Shown here in pieces: positions 11,901 through 24,170 of a DNA stretch of 64,000 bases. Each line of letters begins with the position of its first letter. The first letter of the stretch is position 1. Position numbers and translations under genes: made by a program. The DNA lies in contig CM000154.2 in the NCBI GenBank assembly GCA_000004695.1, positions 4,320,001-4,384,000 on the forward strand. The letters run 5' to 3'. Source of the DNA: Dictyostelium discoideum (Eukaryota). Under the pieces are notes generated by a model. It had not been told where the DNA came from and did not search any database. It was given only the letters and a program-made list of their open reading frames with translations.

Positions 11901-14132
11901 TGTATCATCATCTGATTCAACTAAAACTCTTTCCTCAACTTCTTTTTTAATATCATACTCTAGTTGTTTATTTTTTTTTCTTTTTTTTTTACTTTCTTGA
12001 GTAGAACTACCATCATCATTATTATTATTATTATTATTATTTTCTTGAGTATTATTATTATTATTATTATTAGCTTCTTGATTATCAACAACACCATTTT
12101 CAATTGCTTTTATTATTTCTTTATCATTATTAAGAATTTCATTATAAACTCTATTACTTTCAGATATTAAATCTTCATAATTTAAAAGACGACCATTAAA
12201 TCTTGAGATTGGTGTATTAATATCTCTATGTAATAAATTTGGATCTTCTTCAGTTGTTAGTTGATTATCTTTTGGTAACATATCAGCTGTATCTGCAAAG
12301 ATTCTATAGGTTAATTGTCTACCCACTGTTTCTGGTACAATTTTAACTCTATAGGAAATAATTAAAGTTTTAAGTACATGTGCAACGAATTTACGAGATA
12401 ATTCACCACATTTAATACAAATCTCTTTTGCTGTTATACCATCAGTATCTGCTTGTCTAATCATATTAAAAACCTGTTGATAAATTGGTTGTTCCATAAT
12501 TAATTTTGAAGATGATGATAAACCAACCAATGATAATTCTTCACCTTCATCCTCATCCTCATCATCCTCACCACCACCACCACCATTACCTTTACCAGGT
12601 GTATTCTTTGATTTCTTTGCACTTGTTGGTGTTGTTGGTTTCTTTGGTGTGCTTGAAGAATCACCATCTTCATCATCACCATTACCACCACCATTTTCAA
12701 CTAAATTCCAAAACTTTTCACCTAAACCAATCTCTAATTTAATTATGAGTGAATTACCTCTAGTTTCTTGTGAAATGAAATCATTTTCAAATAACCATTT
12801 CTTTACTCTTTTAAATGTTGTTGGTGAAATATTAAACTTCTTTTCAATATCTTTCATTGATAATATATGAGATGGTTCAATTTCTAAATATCTTAAAAAT
12901 GCTGCTTTAAAATAGAATTTTGGTTTAAATCCTTCCTTATCATCTAATGAAAAATATCTTGGTCTATAATATTTCTTTAAAAATAATCTACCAGTTGATA
13001 TCGCAATACCTGATGCACTCTGTGTACCCATAACTTCTACTTTTTCACTTTTTATAAATATATATATAAAAATTAGTAATTTTATTTTTATTTTATAATA
13101 ATAATAATAATAAAAAATAATAACTTACATAACTCCTTTTAAACATAAATCTTTAATTGGTGGAAATATACAACGTGGATCAATATTAAATTCTTGTGAA
13201 AGATCTCTAACGATTGAACCTTCAAATCTAGATTGTGAAACTCTTTCTAAAATTCTCCATTGAATTTGTGATATTTTATTTAATTGATCATATGGTATAC
13301 CAACTGCAAGTGATTGATTATAAGTATCTGCAACATAAACATATCTTTGAGAGATTTCTAAATATGGTGATTTATTAATTTGTTTGATATCATTATCATT
13401 AATTTCATTCTTATTTGTTTTATTATTATTAACATTATTGTTATTTTCATTATTTTCATTATTATTATTATTATCATTCTTCTTTGGAGTTAATATAGTA
13501 CTAATTGCACCACCAGCTACCCAATCTCTAACAGAGGTTCTAATAGGTGTTGAAGATTTAAAAATAATAACTTCTTTCTTTTTTGATCTATCACCATTTT
13601 CAAATTCATCTTGTTCATTGTAATCTTCATTATCACTAATATAACCACCATCTTCAATACTACCATTTCCTAAGAATTTTCTTGGTGTAAATTTCTTTGG
13701 AGTTGGTAATCTAGTTGGTGTTGCTTTAATTGGTGTTGATAGGTTAATAGTTTGTTGTGAAGATTGTTGTGATTGTTGTGTTTGTTGTTGTTGTTGTTGT
13801 TGTTGTGAAGATTGTTGTGGTTGTTGTTGTGAAGATAGAATTTCATCATCATCACCCATTTCAACATCTTGGGTTTGTTGTTGTGATTGTTGTTGTTGTT
13901 GTTTTTGTTGTTCATTTTCAGGTTTATATAATGGATTTTCCTTTAATTTAATTGATTTATGATTTAATAATAACCTATGAATATATCTCTTTGTTTGTTC
14001 TGTTAATTTAATTTTTGTACCATTTGAGAGTTCTGTATCGTTTAAATGATACCATAAATCCTCAGATGTGCATCCAAATGAACAATTGGTGGCAATTTCT
14101 CTTAATGCCTTGGCCAATATTTCATCTAACAT
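7797..14132 (-). CDS. TFIIIC B-block-binding large subunit homologue (GTF3C1/Tfc3-like), ~2085 aa, two exons: join(complement(13129..14132),complement(7797..13047))
   Basis: The two large minus-strand ORFs (335 aa and 1744 aa) are joined by an 81-nt intron, 13048-13128 (GTAAGT...AAAAAG), and the frame is preserved: ...KGV-I-EKVEVMGTQSASG. The N-terminus MLDEILAKALREIATNCSFGC..DLWYHL resembles the GTF3C1 N-terminus. ...EGSIVRDLSQEFNIDPRCIFPPIKDLCLKGVI matches the B-block_TFIIIC winged-helix motif (IDPR..F...K.L...G.I). Size ~2100 aa, with poly-N/poly-D insertions. Confidence 0.65.
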
Positions 14133-14386
14133 TTCTTTTTATTTTATATTGTATTCATACATAAAAATAAATATATGAATATTATTATTATTATTACTCT
14201 TATTATTATTATTATTGTTATTAAAAATAAAAAATAAAAATTTTAAAAATTTTAAAGTATTATATAATATATTTATATTGTGAGTTTTAAATGTAAAAAT
14301 AGTGTTTATCCAAAACAAATAAATAAATAAATAAATAAAAGTCGAGACTGAAAGGTGTGAAAAATAAAAAAAAATAAAAAAAATAA

Positions 14387-14425
<39 letters not shown>

Positions 14426-14749
14426 TTTTTTGACAAAATTTTCAAAAAATTTCCCGCTAAAAAAAAAAAAAAAATATTCCATATCGAGAAATTAAAATTA
14501 ATATTTTAGATTAATAAAAATAGTGATAGTTTTGGTAATTGAAATTCAAACAAAAATAATCAAAACAATAATAAAATAAAAATTTAGTTTTTTTATAAAA
14601 ACTTTTAATTGAAATTTTATGGATATGGACCAAGTCCTAGTAAAAAATAATAATAATTATAGTAATAGTAATAATAGTAAATAATAATAATAATAATATC
14701 AATAACAGTAAAAAATTATATGTTATATGAAATATGAATCTCATATGTT

Positions 14750-14780
<31 letters not shown>

Positions 14781-15159
14781 GATAGTCACAACCTTAAAAA
14801 AAAATTAATTTAAAAAAAAAAAAAAGAAAAAAAAAAAAAAAGGGAAAAAAATTTTTTTTTTAATGAATTGGAATAATAACCCCAATGGGCTATTAAATTT
14901 AAAACATTACAATCTCAACAAAATCAAACCCCCAAGAAGGGTAAAAAAAAAACATTTTTGGGTGGGTAAAAAAAAAAAAATTTATTTTAATCTTTTTTAA
15001 ATCTCTTTTTAATAAAAAAAAAAACATTATAATTAAAAAAATTAAAATTGTAATTTGCCAAACTGTTTTTTTTTTTTTACCCACCCAAACCCTTTAAATT
15101 ATATGAACATCATTGGAGAATCAATCTTTATTTTATTTTATTTATTTTTTATTTTATTT

Positions 15160-15192
<33 letters not shown>

Positions 15193-15291
15193 TTAAAATT
15201 TTTTTTTTTTTTTTTTTTTTCTTAATTAAAATATAAATTTTTTAAAACAAAGTTATAATAATAATAAAAATAAAAATAAATTTATTTAAAA

Positions 15292-15824
15292 ATGCCATTA
15301 AAATTAGATAATGAATCAGAGTTACGTGAAGCTCAAGCCGCTTTATTCAATATAAATTCTACCGGTGGTTGGGTTATGTTGAATTATGTCGGTCCTTCAA
15401 CTGTTCATTTCGCTGCTGGTAAGTTGTTTTAAAAATGATATTTATTTCTTTTTTTTAATAAATTATTATATTAATATATGTGTTTTTTATTTAAAAAAAA
15501 AAAAAAAAAAAAATAGGCGGAGAAAATTTTGAAGAAATTGTTAATCTTCTTGAGGATGATCAAATCCAATATGGTGTTCTTAGAATTGGTAATATTGAAG
15601 AGAAAGGTACTTTGAAAACCACAGTTAGAGATGTTTTCTTTTGTTGGATTGGTCCAGGTGTTGGAATCATCGAAAAAGGTAAAAAGACCGCTTTTTTAGG
15701 TGATGCTCAACAGTTACTTCAACCATACCATGCTGATATCACAGTACTTAATAAAAAAAATTTTAACCGTGAAAATATCCTTGACAGATCTCATCCATTA
15801 TCTGGTAGTCATGTTATTGATTAA
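15292..15824 (+). CDS. ADF-H domain protein, coactosin-like, 144 aa: join(15292..15418,15517..15824)
   Basis: Exon 1: MPLKLDNESELREAQAALFNINSTGGWVMLNYVGPSTVHFAAG. Then a GTAAGT...AAATAG intron (15419-15516, phase 1). Exon 2: GENFEEIVNLLEDDQIQYGVLRIGNIEEKGTLKTTVRDVFFCWIGPGVGIIEKGKKTAFLGDAQQLLQPYHADITVLNKKNFNRENILDRSHPLSGSHVID. The pattern GW..L.Y....V...A.G.GG.EE....L.DD...YG.LR...............F..W.GP is the ADF-H/coactosin fold signature. The ORF track has only the 3' exon (15612-15824). Confidence 0.7.
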
Positions 15825-15912
15825 TATTCACTCAATTGATTTTAATTTTTTTAAAATTATCATCTATACATTTTATATAAATATAAATATAAAATAAAAC
15901 ATAAATTATAAC

Positions 15913-15958
<46 letters not shown>

Positions 15959-16313
15959 AGAATAATAATAAAAATAATGAAAATCCTGACAGTAAAAAAA
16001 AAAAAAATACCAAATAAATCCAAAACCTAGATGATTGCTAAAAATAACAATATAAAAAAAAAAACCAATAAAAAAAAATCACTCCCCCCCCAACCCACAA
16101 TATTCACTAATTCTAAACCGTTTTAAATTATAGGAATATTAAAAAAAAGTTTATTTTTAATAATTATTATATTTTTATTTTTTATTTTTATTTTTTTTTT
16201 TTGCTACTTAAATGAATTTTTTTTTTTTTTTATTGGTTTTTTAAAAAAAAAATAAAAAAAATTATAATTAATTCCAAGTTATAATTATATAAATAATAAT
16301 AAATTTAAAATGT

Positions 16314-16884
<571 letters not shown>

Positions 16885-17289
16885 ATTAATTGTTTTGATT
16901 TTATTGGAAATTAAAAATTATATTTTACTCTGGTTAATTATTAAAATACCTTTTTTTGTATAAAACTATAAAAAAATTATAAAAAATAAAAAAATAAAAA
17001 AAATAAATAAAAAATAAAAAAAAAAAAAAAATCTATTCCCTAAATTGGTGGTTTAAAAATTAAAATAAAAACAATAGTAAATTAAAATAAAAAATAAAAA
17101 AAAAAAAAAAAAAAATTCCCCACACCCCACAATGAGAAAAAAATTGAAATATTTGTTAATTTTTGGAAAAACAAAAAACAAAAAATAAAAAAAAAAATAA
17201 AAATAAAAATAAAAAAAAAAAAACAATAATATAAAACCAAAAAAAAATAAAAAAGTTGTTATTAATAATTAAATTTTATTATTCTTATA

Positions 17290-17315
17290 AATAAATAAAT
17301 AAATAAATAAATAAG

Positions 17316-17345
<30 letters not shown>
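17290..17345. repeat. (AAAT)n tetranucleotide repeat immediately 5' of the CBS gene start
   Basis: ataaataaataaataaataaataaataagtaaataaataaataaataaataaataaataaa, read directly. Confidence 0.9.
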
Positions 17346-17346
<1 letters not shown>

Positions 17347-17347
17347 A

Positions 17348-18125
17348 ATGTTGAAATCCAGTTTAATTAATATGATACTAAAAATTAATAATAAAAAAAA
17401 AATAATTTCACAAGTTCCAAATATAATTCCTCAACTACCATTAAATATTTTTAAAGGTCAAAATATAAACTATACAACAAATAATAAATGGGTAAATTTA
17501 ATAATAAAAAAAAAAAAAAAAAAAAAAAAAAGAAAATTTATTTATATTTTTTATTTTTTCTTTTTAATTTTTTATTTTTTAGGATAAAAAATTATCAGTA
17601 CCAAATTCAATAGAAGTAATTAGAATTAATAATAATGCAATAGGTGAAAGTCTTCATACTAAATTAAAGTCATATAAGGATACACAAGTTGGTGCGATTA
17701 TTGAGGAGAAAATTAGAAATAACTTGGGACGTATGGTTAAAGTTGGAGAGAATGAAACTGTTTATAATGCAATCAAAGTTATGAATGATAAAAAAGTTGG
17801 TGCAACAATTGTAGTTGATAGAAATAATCGTATGTGTGGTATTTTCTCTGAACGTGATTATCTTAGTAAAGTTGATCTTAGAGGTTTATCACCAAAGGAA
17901 ACATTGGTAAAAGATGTATGTACTAAACAAATCATAACAGTTTCAAGTGATAGTGGTGCAACCAAATGTTTATCCATAATGTCAAAACGTAACATTCGTC
18001 ATTTACCTGTAATTGAAAATAAACGTTTACTTGGTATGCTTTCAATTGGTGATATTGTAAAATATATCATTTCTTCTCAAAGTATTGAAATTAATGAATT
18101 AAAATCTGATATTGATAAAGAATAA
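17348..18125 (+). CDS. CBS-pair (Bateman) domain protein with a probable mitochondrial presequence, ~228 aa: join(17348..17491,17583..18125)
   Basis: Exon 1 is MLKSSLINMILK...NNKW (basic, hydroxylated N-terminus). The intron is GTAAAT...TTTTAG (17492-17582, phase 0). Exon 2 has two CBS motifs: MVKVGENETVYNAIKVMNDKKVGATIVVDRNNRMCGIFSERDYL and KDVCTKQIITVSSDSGATKCLSIMSKRNIRHLPVIENKRLLGMLSIGDIVKYI. Confidence 0.65.
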
Positions 18126-18208
18126 AATCAAAATTTAAAATTTAAAATTTAAAAATAAAAATAAAAAAAAAATAAAGTTAAAAAATAAAATATATGTGTA
18201 TATAAATA

Positions 18209-18247
<39 letters not shown>

Positions 18248-18474
18248 CTATACCCCTTTGAAATTTTCCCAACTTAACTTATTATGTAAAATTTTATTTT
18301 TTTTTTATTTTCATTTTTTTTTTTTTTTTATAAATTTACTTATTTATACATTTATTTATTTTTACCCTTAAAAATTTCAACAATTAACTTAACTTATCAA
18401 ATAAAATTTTATTTTTATTTTTTTATTTTTATTTTTTTTTAAAAATGAAAAAAAAAAATATTTTTTTATTTTTT

Positions 18475-18510
<36 letters not shown>

Positions 18511-18557
18511 CCTCCTACCTAACAGTACAATTACAACTATAATATTAAATAAATAAA

Positions 18558-18717
18558 ATGTTAAGATCAACTGATTTTTGGAAAGATGAAGGTGAAACCA
18601 GTTTAATGTTACAAGAAAAAGGTTTCATTAAATCAGAAGGTATTGAAAATGTACAGTAATAAAAAAAACAAATACAAATTTTTAAAACAAATATAACTAT
18701 AATATCAAATGTTAACA

Positions 18718-18750
<33 letters not shown>

Positions 18751-19997
18751 CTCCTATCAAATTAATTAAATGAAATAATAATAATAATAATAATAATAGA
18801 TTTTTGAAAGAACATCAAAATGGTTTGAATTAGTTGGTTTAAAGAAAGAAGAAATTAAAATCGTTGAGTTTTCAACTGACGAACCAGAACGTATCTTTGT
18901 ATTAGATGCTGAAAGAACTTTCTCAAATGATATTAACAAAAAGAAATTAGTTAAAATTTTAACCCACTTAAAAAAAGAGTAAGATTAAACTATTATTATT
19001 ATTATTATTACTACTATATATCACTCTCTTCCTCAGTTATTAATAATAAAATTTATTATTATTATTTTTTATATATAGATTTGGAGATTATCAACAAGGT
19101 TTATCATTTGTTGCAAGTTTCTTAATGTTAACAATGGATGAAAGTGAAAATGTTGCATTAATGACTAAAATTAATTCAATGTTACCAGGTTATTGGAAAC
19201 ATGAAGCAATTGACTTTGGTACAAGTGCTTTCACTTTATATCATATCTTACAACAAACTCATCCATCTGTAAATTTATAAAATTATTATTAATTATTATT
19301 AAAATATAGATATAGATATTAATTAATATTTTTTTATTTTTTTTAGATTACAAAACATTTAGAAAATAATTGTATTGATGCAGGTACATTTTGTCAAAAA
19401 TGGTTTTTAGGTTTATGTGTTCATTTATTACCATTTAGATATTTATTCCAATTTTTTGAAAAGTTTTTAGTTGGTGGTGTTGAATATTTATACAAGTTTT
19501 CATTGGCATTGTTTACAGTATTAGAAAAGAGAATTTTAGATGCAAAGAATCCACAAGTGATCTTTGCAATTTTACGTTTGGATGAAAGTGAAATCAAAGA
19601 TGAAGAGATTTTCCAACAAATTCTCGATAAATCTGATACTATCGATATTTCTACCTTTGATTTAAAGGAGATCAGTAAGGATGTCTATGAACGTAACTTA
19701 AAGAAACGTATTGAAAGTGCTCATAAGGTTCATGCCAATGTCGAAGAGATTGAAGATTGTCAATGGTGTCTTGATAATTTCCCAGAGTTTTATTGTTTAG
19801 AGTGTAAACAACTCGTTTGTCAAGATTGTTTAGATGATACTCCAACCGGTCCAAATGAAACTCATCAAGAAGATTCTCATACTCTTATCTCTATGGAAGA
19901 GTATGAAAATGATAGAGATAAATATAAACAACCAAAATCAACCACTACAACTACTGTTGAAAAATTAACAAAAGATTTAGAAGACTTAAAAGTTTAA
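18558..19997 (+). CDS. TBC/Rab-GAP domain protein with C-terminal B-box-type zinc finger, four exons
   Basis: Exons ~18558..18650 (or ..18655), 18800 (or 18811)..18978, 19079..19268, 19347..19997. Donors are GTACAG/GTAATA, GTAAGA and GTAAAT. The first intron has two equally valid in-frame donor/acceptor pairs that I cannot resolve. The arginine-finger motif is IFVLDAERTF and the glutamine-finger motif is FGDYQQGLSFVASFLML, followed by ...W..L..HLLP...L..FFEKFLVGG...L.. typical of TBC. The C-terminal CQWCLDNFPEFYCLECKQLVCQDCLDDTPTGPNETHQEDSH is a B-box (C-x2-H/C ... C-x2-C ... H-x2-H). Confidence 0.6.
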
Positions 19998-20380
19998 ATA
20001 AATAATAATAATTAAATAAAAATAAAAATAAAAAAAATAAAAATAAAAATAAAAATAAATAAAAATAAATAATTTTTAAATTTATTTATTTATTTATTTG
20101 TTTTTATTTATATAAATAAAAAAAAAAAAATTTACAAATTAAGAAATTTATAAATATCTTTTAAGAATACTTGTGAAAAATTAAAAAATAAAAAATAAAA
20201 TAAAAAAAAAATAAAAAATAAAAAATAAAAATAAAAATAAAACATAAAAATAGAATTTTGATTGGTTAGGGAAAAAAAATAAAAAAAAAAAATAAAAAAA
20301 AATAAATTAAAATGAAAAATAAAAAAAAAAAAAAAAAATTTTTAAAAATGAAAATAGATGTAATTTAATTAAACACAAAA

Positions 20381-20412
<32 letters not shown>

Positions 20413-20660
20413 CATATAACATAAAATTAACGCCAAATTAATTAAAAAAAAAAAAAAAAACTATCACACCAAAATAAAAATCCAGGTGCATGACATGTCC
20501 CAGCTCATAACCAGACAAAAATAATTTATTTTCATTTTTTTATTTTTATTTTTATTTTTTTTTTTTTTTTTTTAAACTTTTGTTTCTAAATTAAAATTTA
20601 TTTAAACTATAAAATTATTTTTAAAAAAGAAATTTCACTCAATCAAAAAAATTTAATATT

Positions 20661-20691
<31 letters not shown>

Positions 20692-20937
20692 TGAATACAA
20701 AAGAATATTATAGAAATAAAAATTTAAAATTATTATTTTTAAATTTTTTAGAAGCTTCATCATTTTCATCTTTATTTATAGTTTTTTATTTCAGTAAAAT
20801 CGAATATGTGGTATGTGGTATAATAAAAAAATAAATAAAATAAAATAAATTAAAAAAAAAAAAAAAAAAAAATTTAATTATTTATTTGAAATTTTAATTA
20901 TTTAAAAAAAATAAAATAAAAATAGACATTATCAATA

Positions 20938-21960
20938 ATGTTATTTTTAGGATCATTATTTTTTTTTACAAGATTATTGGTAATTTTATTTCATTTTCAT
21001 GTTGTTTGGCCATTATTAGTAAATAGTAAACATTTAGAATATAATAATTTAACAGAAATAAATGATAAATTAAATGAAATAAATCTTGACTCAAATAAAG
21101 TTCAAATATATTTTAATGGAAAAGATTCAAATTTTGAAAAATATGCAAATATTAGATTAAAAAATTTAATTTGTAACAAATCAACAATATTACCATCAAT
21201 AGATCAAATTTTAAATTATAGTAATAATAGTAATATTAATAATAGTAATAATAATAATACTGAATTTGAAAAAAAAATAAACTATATAAATATAAAATTC
21301 AAATTTAATTATTCTTCAAATTTAATTCCAAATGTAAGTTTTAAAAAAAATAAAATAATTAAATTAAAAATAATAATTTTATTAATAATTTTTTTTTTTT
21401 TTTTTTTTTTTTTTCTTTTTCTAAACATAGATTTTAGAAGAATTTATAAAAAAATATCCAAATGAATTAATTTGGCCAAATAGAGAATTATTTGAAATTG
21501 AAAAAATTGGATTTAATAATAATTATTTATTATGTTGTACAAAGCCCTCAAATTACTCTTTTAAGTTAAGAAAGGTATTAAATGTAAAATCGATTTTATT
21601 TGGTGTTTCTTGGTTTTATTATTATTTTTCATTTTATAGAAATTCAAATTTTAATGATATTATAATAGAGAAATCAATTGATTCAACTTTTCAACAATTA
21701 TTTCTTGATATGGAATATAATAAAATTTTATATGATATTGGTAAACAATTAATTTCTGTTCATAATGAACAATTTAAAACAAAACAACAAGATGATGAAG
21801 AAAAAAAAGAAATAGCAATTGTTGATGATTCTGTATTAGATATAAAACAAAATATTAAAGATTCCCTTGTAGATATTGTAATTATTGATGATCAAAATTG
21901 TAAACAAAAAACAACAATTTATGATTTTCCATTAATAGAATCAAATAATCCCATTTGTTA

Positions 21961-21961
<1 letters not shown>
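20938..21961 (+). CDS. hypothetical ~308-aa protein with N-terminal hydrophobic signal/anchor: join(20938..21333,21431..21961); possible extra 5' exon 20691..20810
   Basis: MLFLGSLFFFTRLLVILFHFHVVWPLLVNS... The intron is GTAAGT...ACATAG (21334-21430, phase 0), and the frame continues through ILEEFIKKYPNELIWPNRELF...MEYNKILYDIGKQ... to the stop at 21961. An intron-like GTATTA...TATAG stretch (21575-21639, 65 nt) would break the frame if spliced, so I left it unspliced. An upstream ORF segment 20691-20810 (MNTKEYYRNKNLKLLFLNFLEASSFSSLFIVFYFSKIEYV) ends in GTATGT. It would join in frame through AATAG at 20925 to ACATTATCAATAATG. Confidence 0.45.
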
Positions 21962-21997
<36 letters not shown>

Positions 21998-22511
21998 GCT
22001 TTTTTTTTTTTTAATCTTGATTAATTTTTTCTGTTTAAAGTATACATTCAAAAAATTTAACACTATTTTTATTTATTTTTATTTTTATTTTTATTTTTAT
22101 TTTTTTGACATAAAAAATTTATCTTTTTTTGGTTTTTTTTTTTTTTTTTTTTTTCTCATACTAATAATATTAATTTGTGTGTCAATGTTTTTATGTGTGT
22201 GTGTTATATTTTCTGTCTATATATACACATTTTGTAATATTGAAATTTTATTTTAAATTTATTTTTATATTTATATTTTTATTAATTATAATTTAATTTT
22301 TTTTTTTTTTTTTTTTATTAATATTTTATTTATAATTTTTTTTTTTTTTTGAAGGATTGCACATGTCATCTATATATCATTTTTATTTATAAAGACGAAA
22401 TAAAAAATTACTAATAAAAAAAAATAAAAAAAACAAATAAAAAAAAAAATAAAAAAAAACAAATAAAAAAAAAAAACAAATAATAATAACATAGAAAAAA
22501 AAAAAAAAAAA

Positions 22512-23105
22512 ATGGAGGAAAATAATAGTTTAAATAATGATAAAAACAATTTTGTAACATTTGATCCAAGAATATTGTTACCACCACCACCACCATCATC
22601 ATCACTTGTTTATCCACTTTATACACCACCACAACAACAAGAAAATTATAATGTAAATTATAATGATCATAATAAAAATAATAATAGTATTAATACTACA
22701 ACTTGTTACAATGAAGAATTATATAAAGATAATTCATTTATAACATTAAATGATAGATTCCAAACAATTGAACAACAACAACCACAACAACAAAATTATA
22801 ATCATAATCAAGAGAAACCAATTGAATACACACATTCTTATGTTGTTAGTGATGATAAATTAAATACATTTAATAATCAATGGAATGCTTCTTCAACATC
22901 ACAACCTTATTACCCAATTATACCACCATATCAGCCAATCAATGATATTGCACCAACACAAGAGTTTGTTAATAGAGTTGCCATAAGACTTCGTGAAATG
23001 GAAATTGAAGAATCTAGTGACCCAAATGAAATTCATGAAGAAAATATAATGGATGCATCTATGAGCATGTTAATGTTTGTATTATTAATAATAATTATTA
23101 TTTAA
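22512..23105 (+). CDS. hypothetical 197-aa Pro/Gln/Asn-rich protein with hydrophobic C-terminal tail
   Basis: ATG ORF. PPPPP and QQQ tracts, C-terminal ...MSMLMFVLLIIIII (tail-anchor-like). A downstream hydrophobic ORF segment (23160-23345, GMFFFVPFIFSVLYLKSRDKYARRFAIVSMCIGIVYLIMIGIMPFLKGNDDDTTTTIIIS) may be a further exon, but I found no compatible splice junction. Confidence 0.4.
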   Translation: MEENNSLNNDKNNFVTFDPRILLPPPPPSSSLVYPLYTPPQQQENYNVNYNDHNKNNNSINTTTCYNEELYKDNSFITLNDRFQTIEQQQPQQQNYNHNQEKPIEYTHSYVVSDDKLNTFNNQWNASSTSQPYYPIIPPYQPINDIAPTQEFVNRVAIRLREMEIEESSDPNEIHEENIMDASMSMLMFVLLIIIII

Positions 23106-23608
23106 CAAATAAATTTGTATTAATAATTAATTTTTTTTTAAAAAAAAAAAAAAGATTATTATTAGGAATGTTCTTTTTTGTACCATTTATCTTTTCAGTG
23201 CTTTATTTGAAATCAAGAGATAAATATGCTAGAAGATTTGCAATAGTCTCAATGTGTATTGGTATCGTTTACTTAATAATGATTGGAATTATGCCATTCT
23301 TAAAAGGAAATGATGATGATACAACTACAACTATAATTATCTCTTAAATTAATTTAAATAAACGTATTTTTTTTTAATTATTCCATTTTTATTTATTGAT
23401 ATTAATTTTTTAAAATTTTATTTATTTATTTGTTACTTTTCTTTTTATTTGTTTTTTACCTATTTTAATAAAAGTGAAATTCCAAATTATCCTCCTCTCT
23501 CCCCCTTCTAATATTTATTATTAAATTTTTAAAAATTTAATATTATTTTTTTTTATTTCTTTCTTTATTTTTGAAATTATTATTTCTATATTTGATTTGA
23601 AGAGATGT

Positions 23609-23813
23609 TTATTTCTTTACTTTTGAAACCATACTTTTTGCCATACAATTTTTAAATTTTTCAAATTCAACTTTACAAACATTCTTTTCAATATTATCTA
23701 AATTTGATGTTACACATGCACCATATATTGACATCTATATAAATTATTATAATTAAATTAGTTTTGTATTTATTTAAATATTAAAATTATTATACATATT
23801 AATATAATGGAGA

Positions 23814-23906
<93 letters not shown>

Positions 23907-23976
23907 ATACTTCAAATGTACAATCACCTAATGACGATGCCACTCTTTGTGACCATTTACTTGTAGATTTTATCAT
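23609..23976 (-). CDS. twin Cx9C (CHCH-type) mini-protein, 63 aa: join(complement(23911..23976),complement(23609..23734))
   Basis: Minus strand: MIKSTSKWSQRVASSLGDCTFE | GTATAG...(AAT)n...TATATAG | MSIYGACVTSNLDNIEKNVCKVEFEKFKNCMAKSMVSKVKK*. The first CX9C (C-TFEMSIYGA-C) spans the splice junction and the second is C-KVEFEKFKN-C, so the spliced product has the mitochondrial IMS twin-Cx9C signature. The ORF track has nothing here. Confidence 0.55.
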
Positions 23977-24170
23977 ATCTCCTCCTCTGAGCTTTCAAAG
24001 AAAACAAAAATAAAAAAAAAATAAAAAAAAATAAAAAATAACAAAAAAATTAAAAATAAAAAAAAAAAAAAAAAAAAGATTTTTAATTTTGACCAAAAAA
24101 AAAAAAAAAAAAAAAATTCCATTCCACACACTCCACACCCAGGCACCTATATATATATAAATAATAATAA

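Noticed and set aside
21575-21639. Intron-like GTATTA...TATAG segment inside the 20938 gene's second exon
   Set aside because: It is 65 nt, not a multiple of three. Splicing it, or the alternative GTAAAA donor, runs into a stop within five codons, whereas the unspliced frame stays open for 130 codons to 21961.
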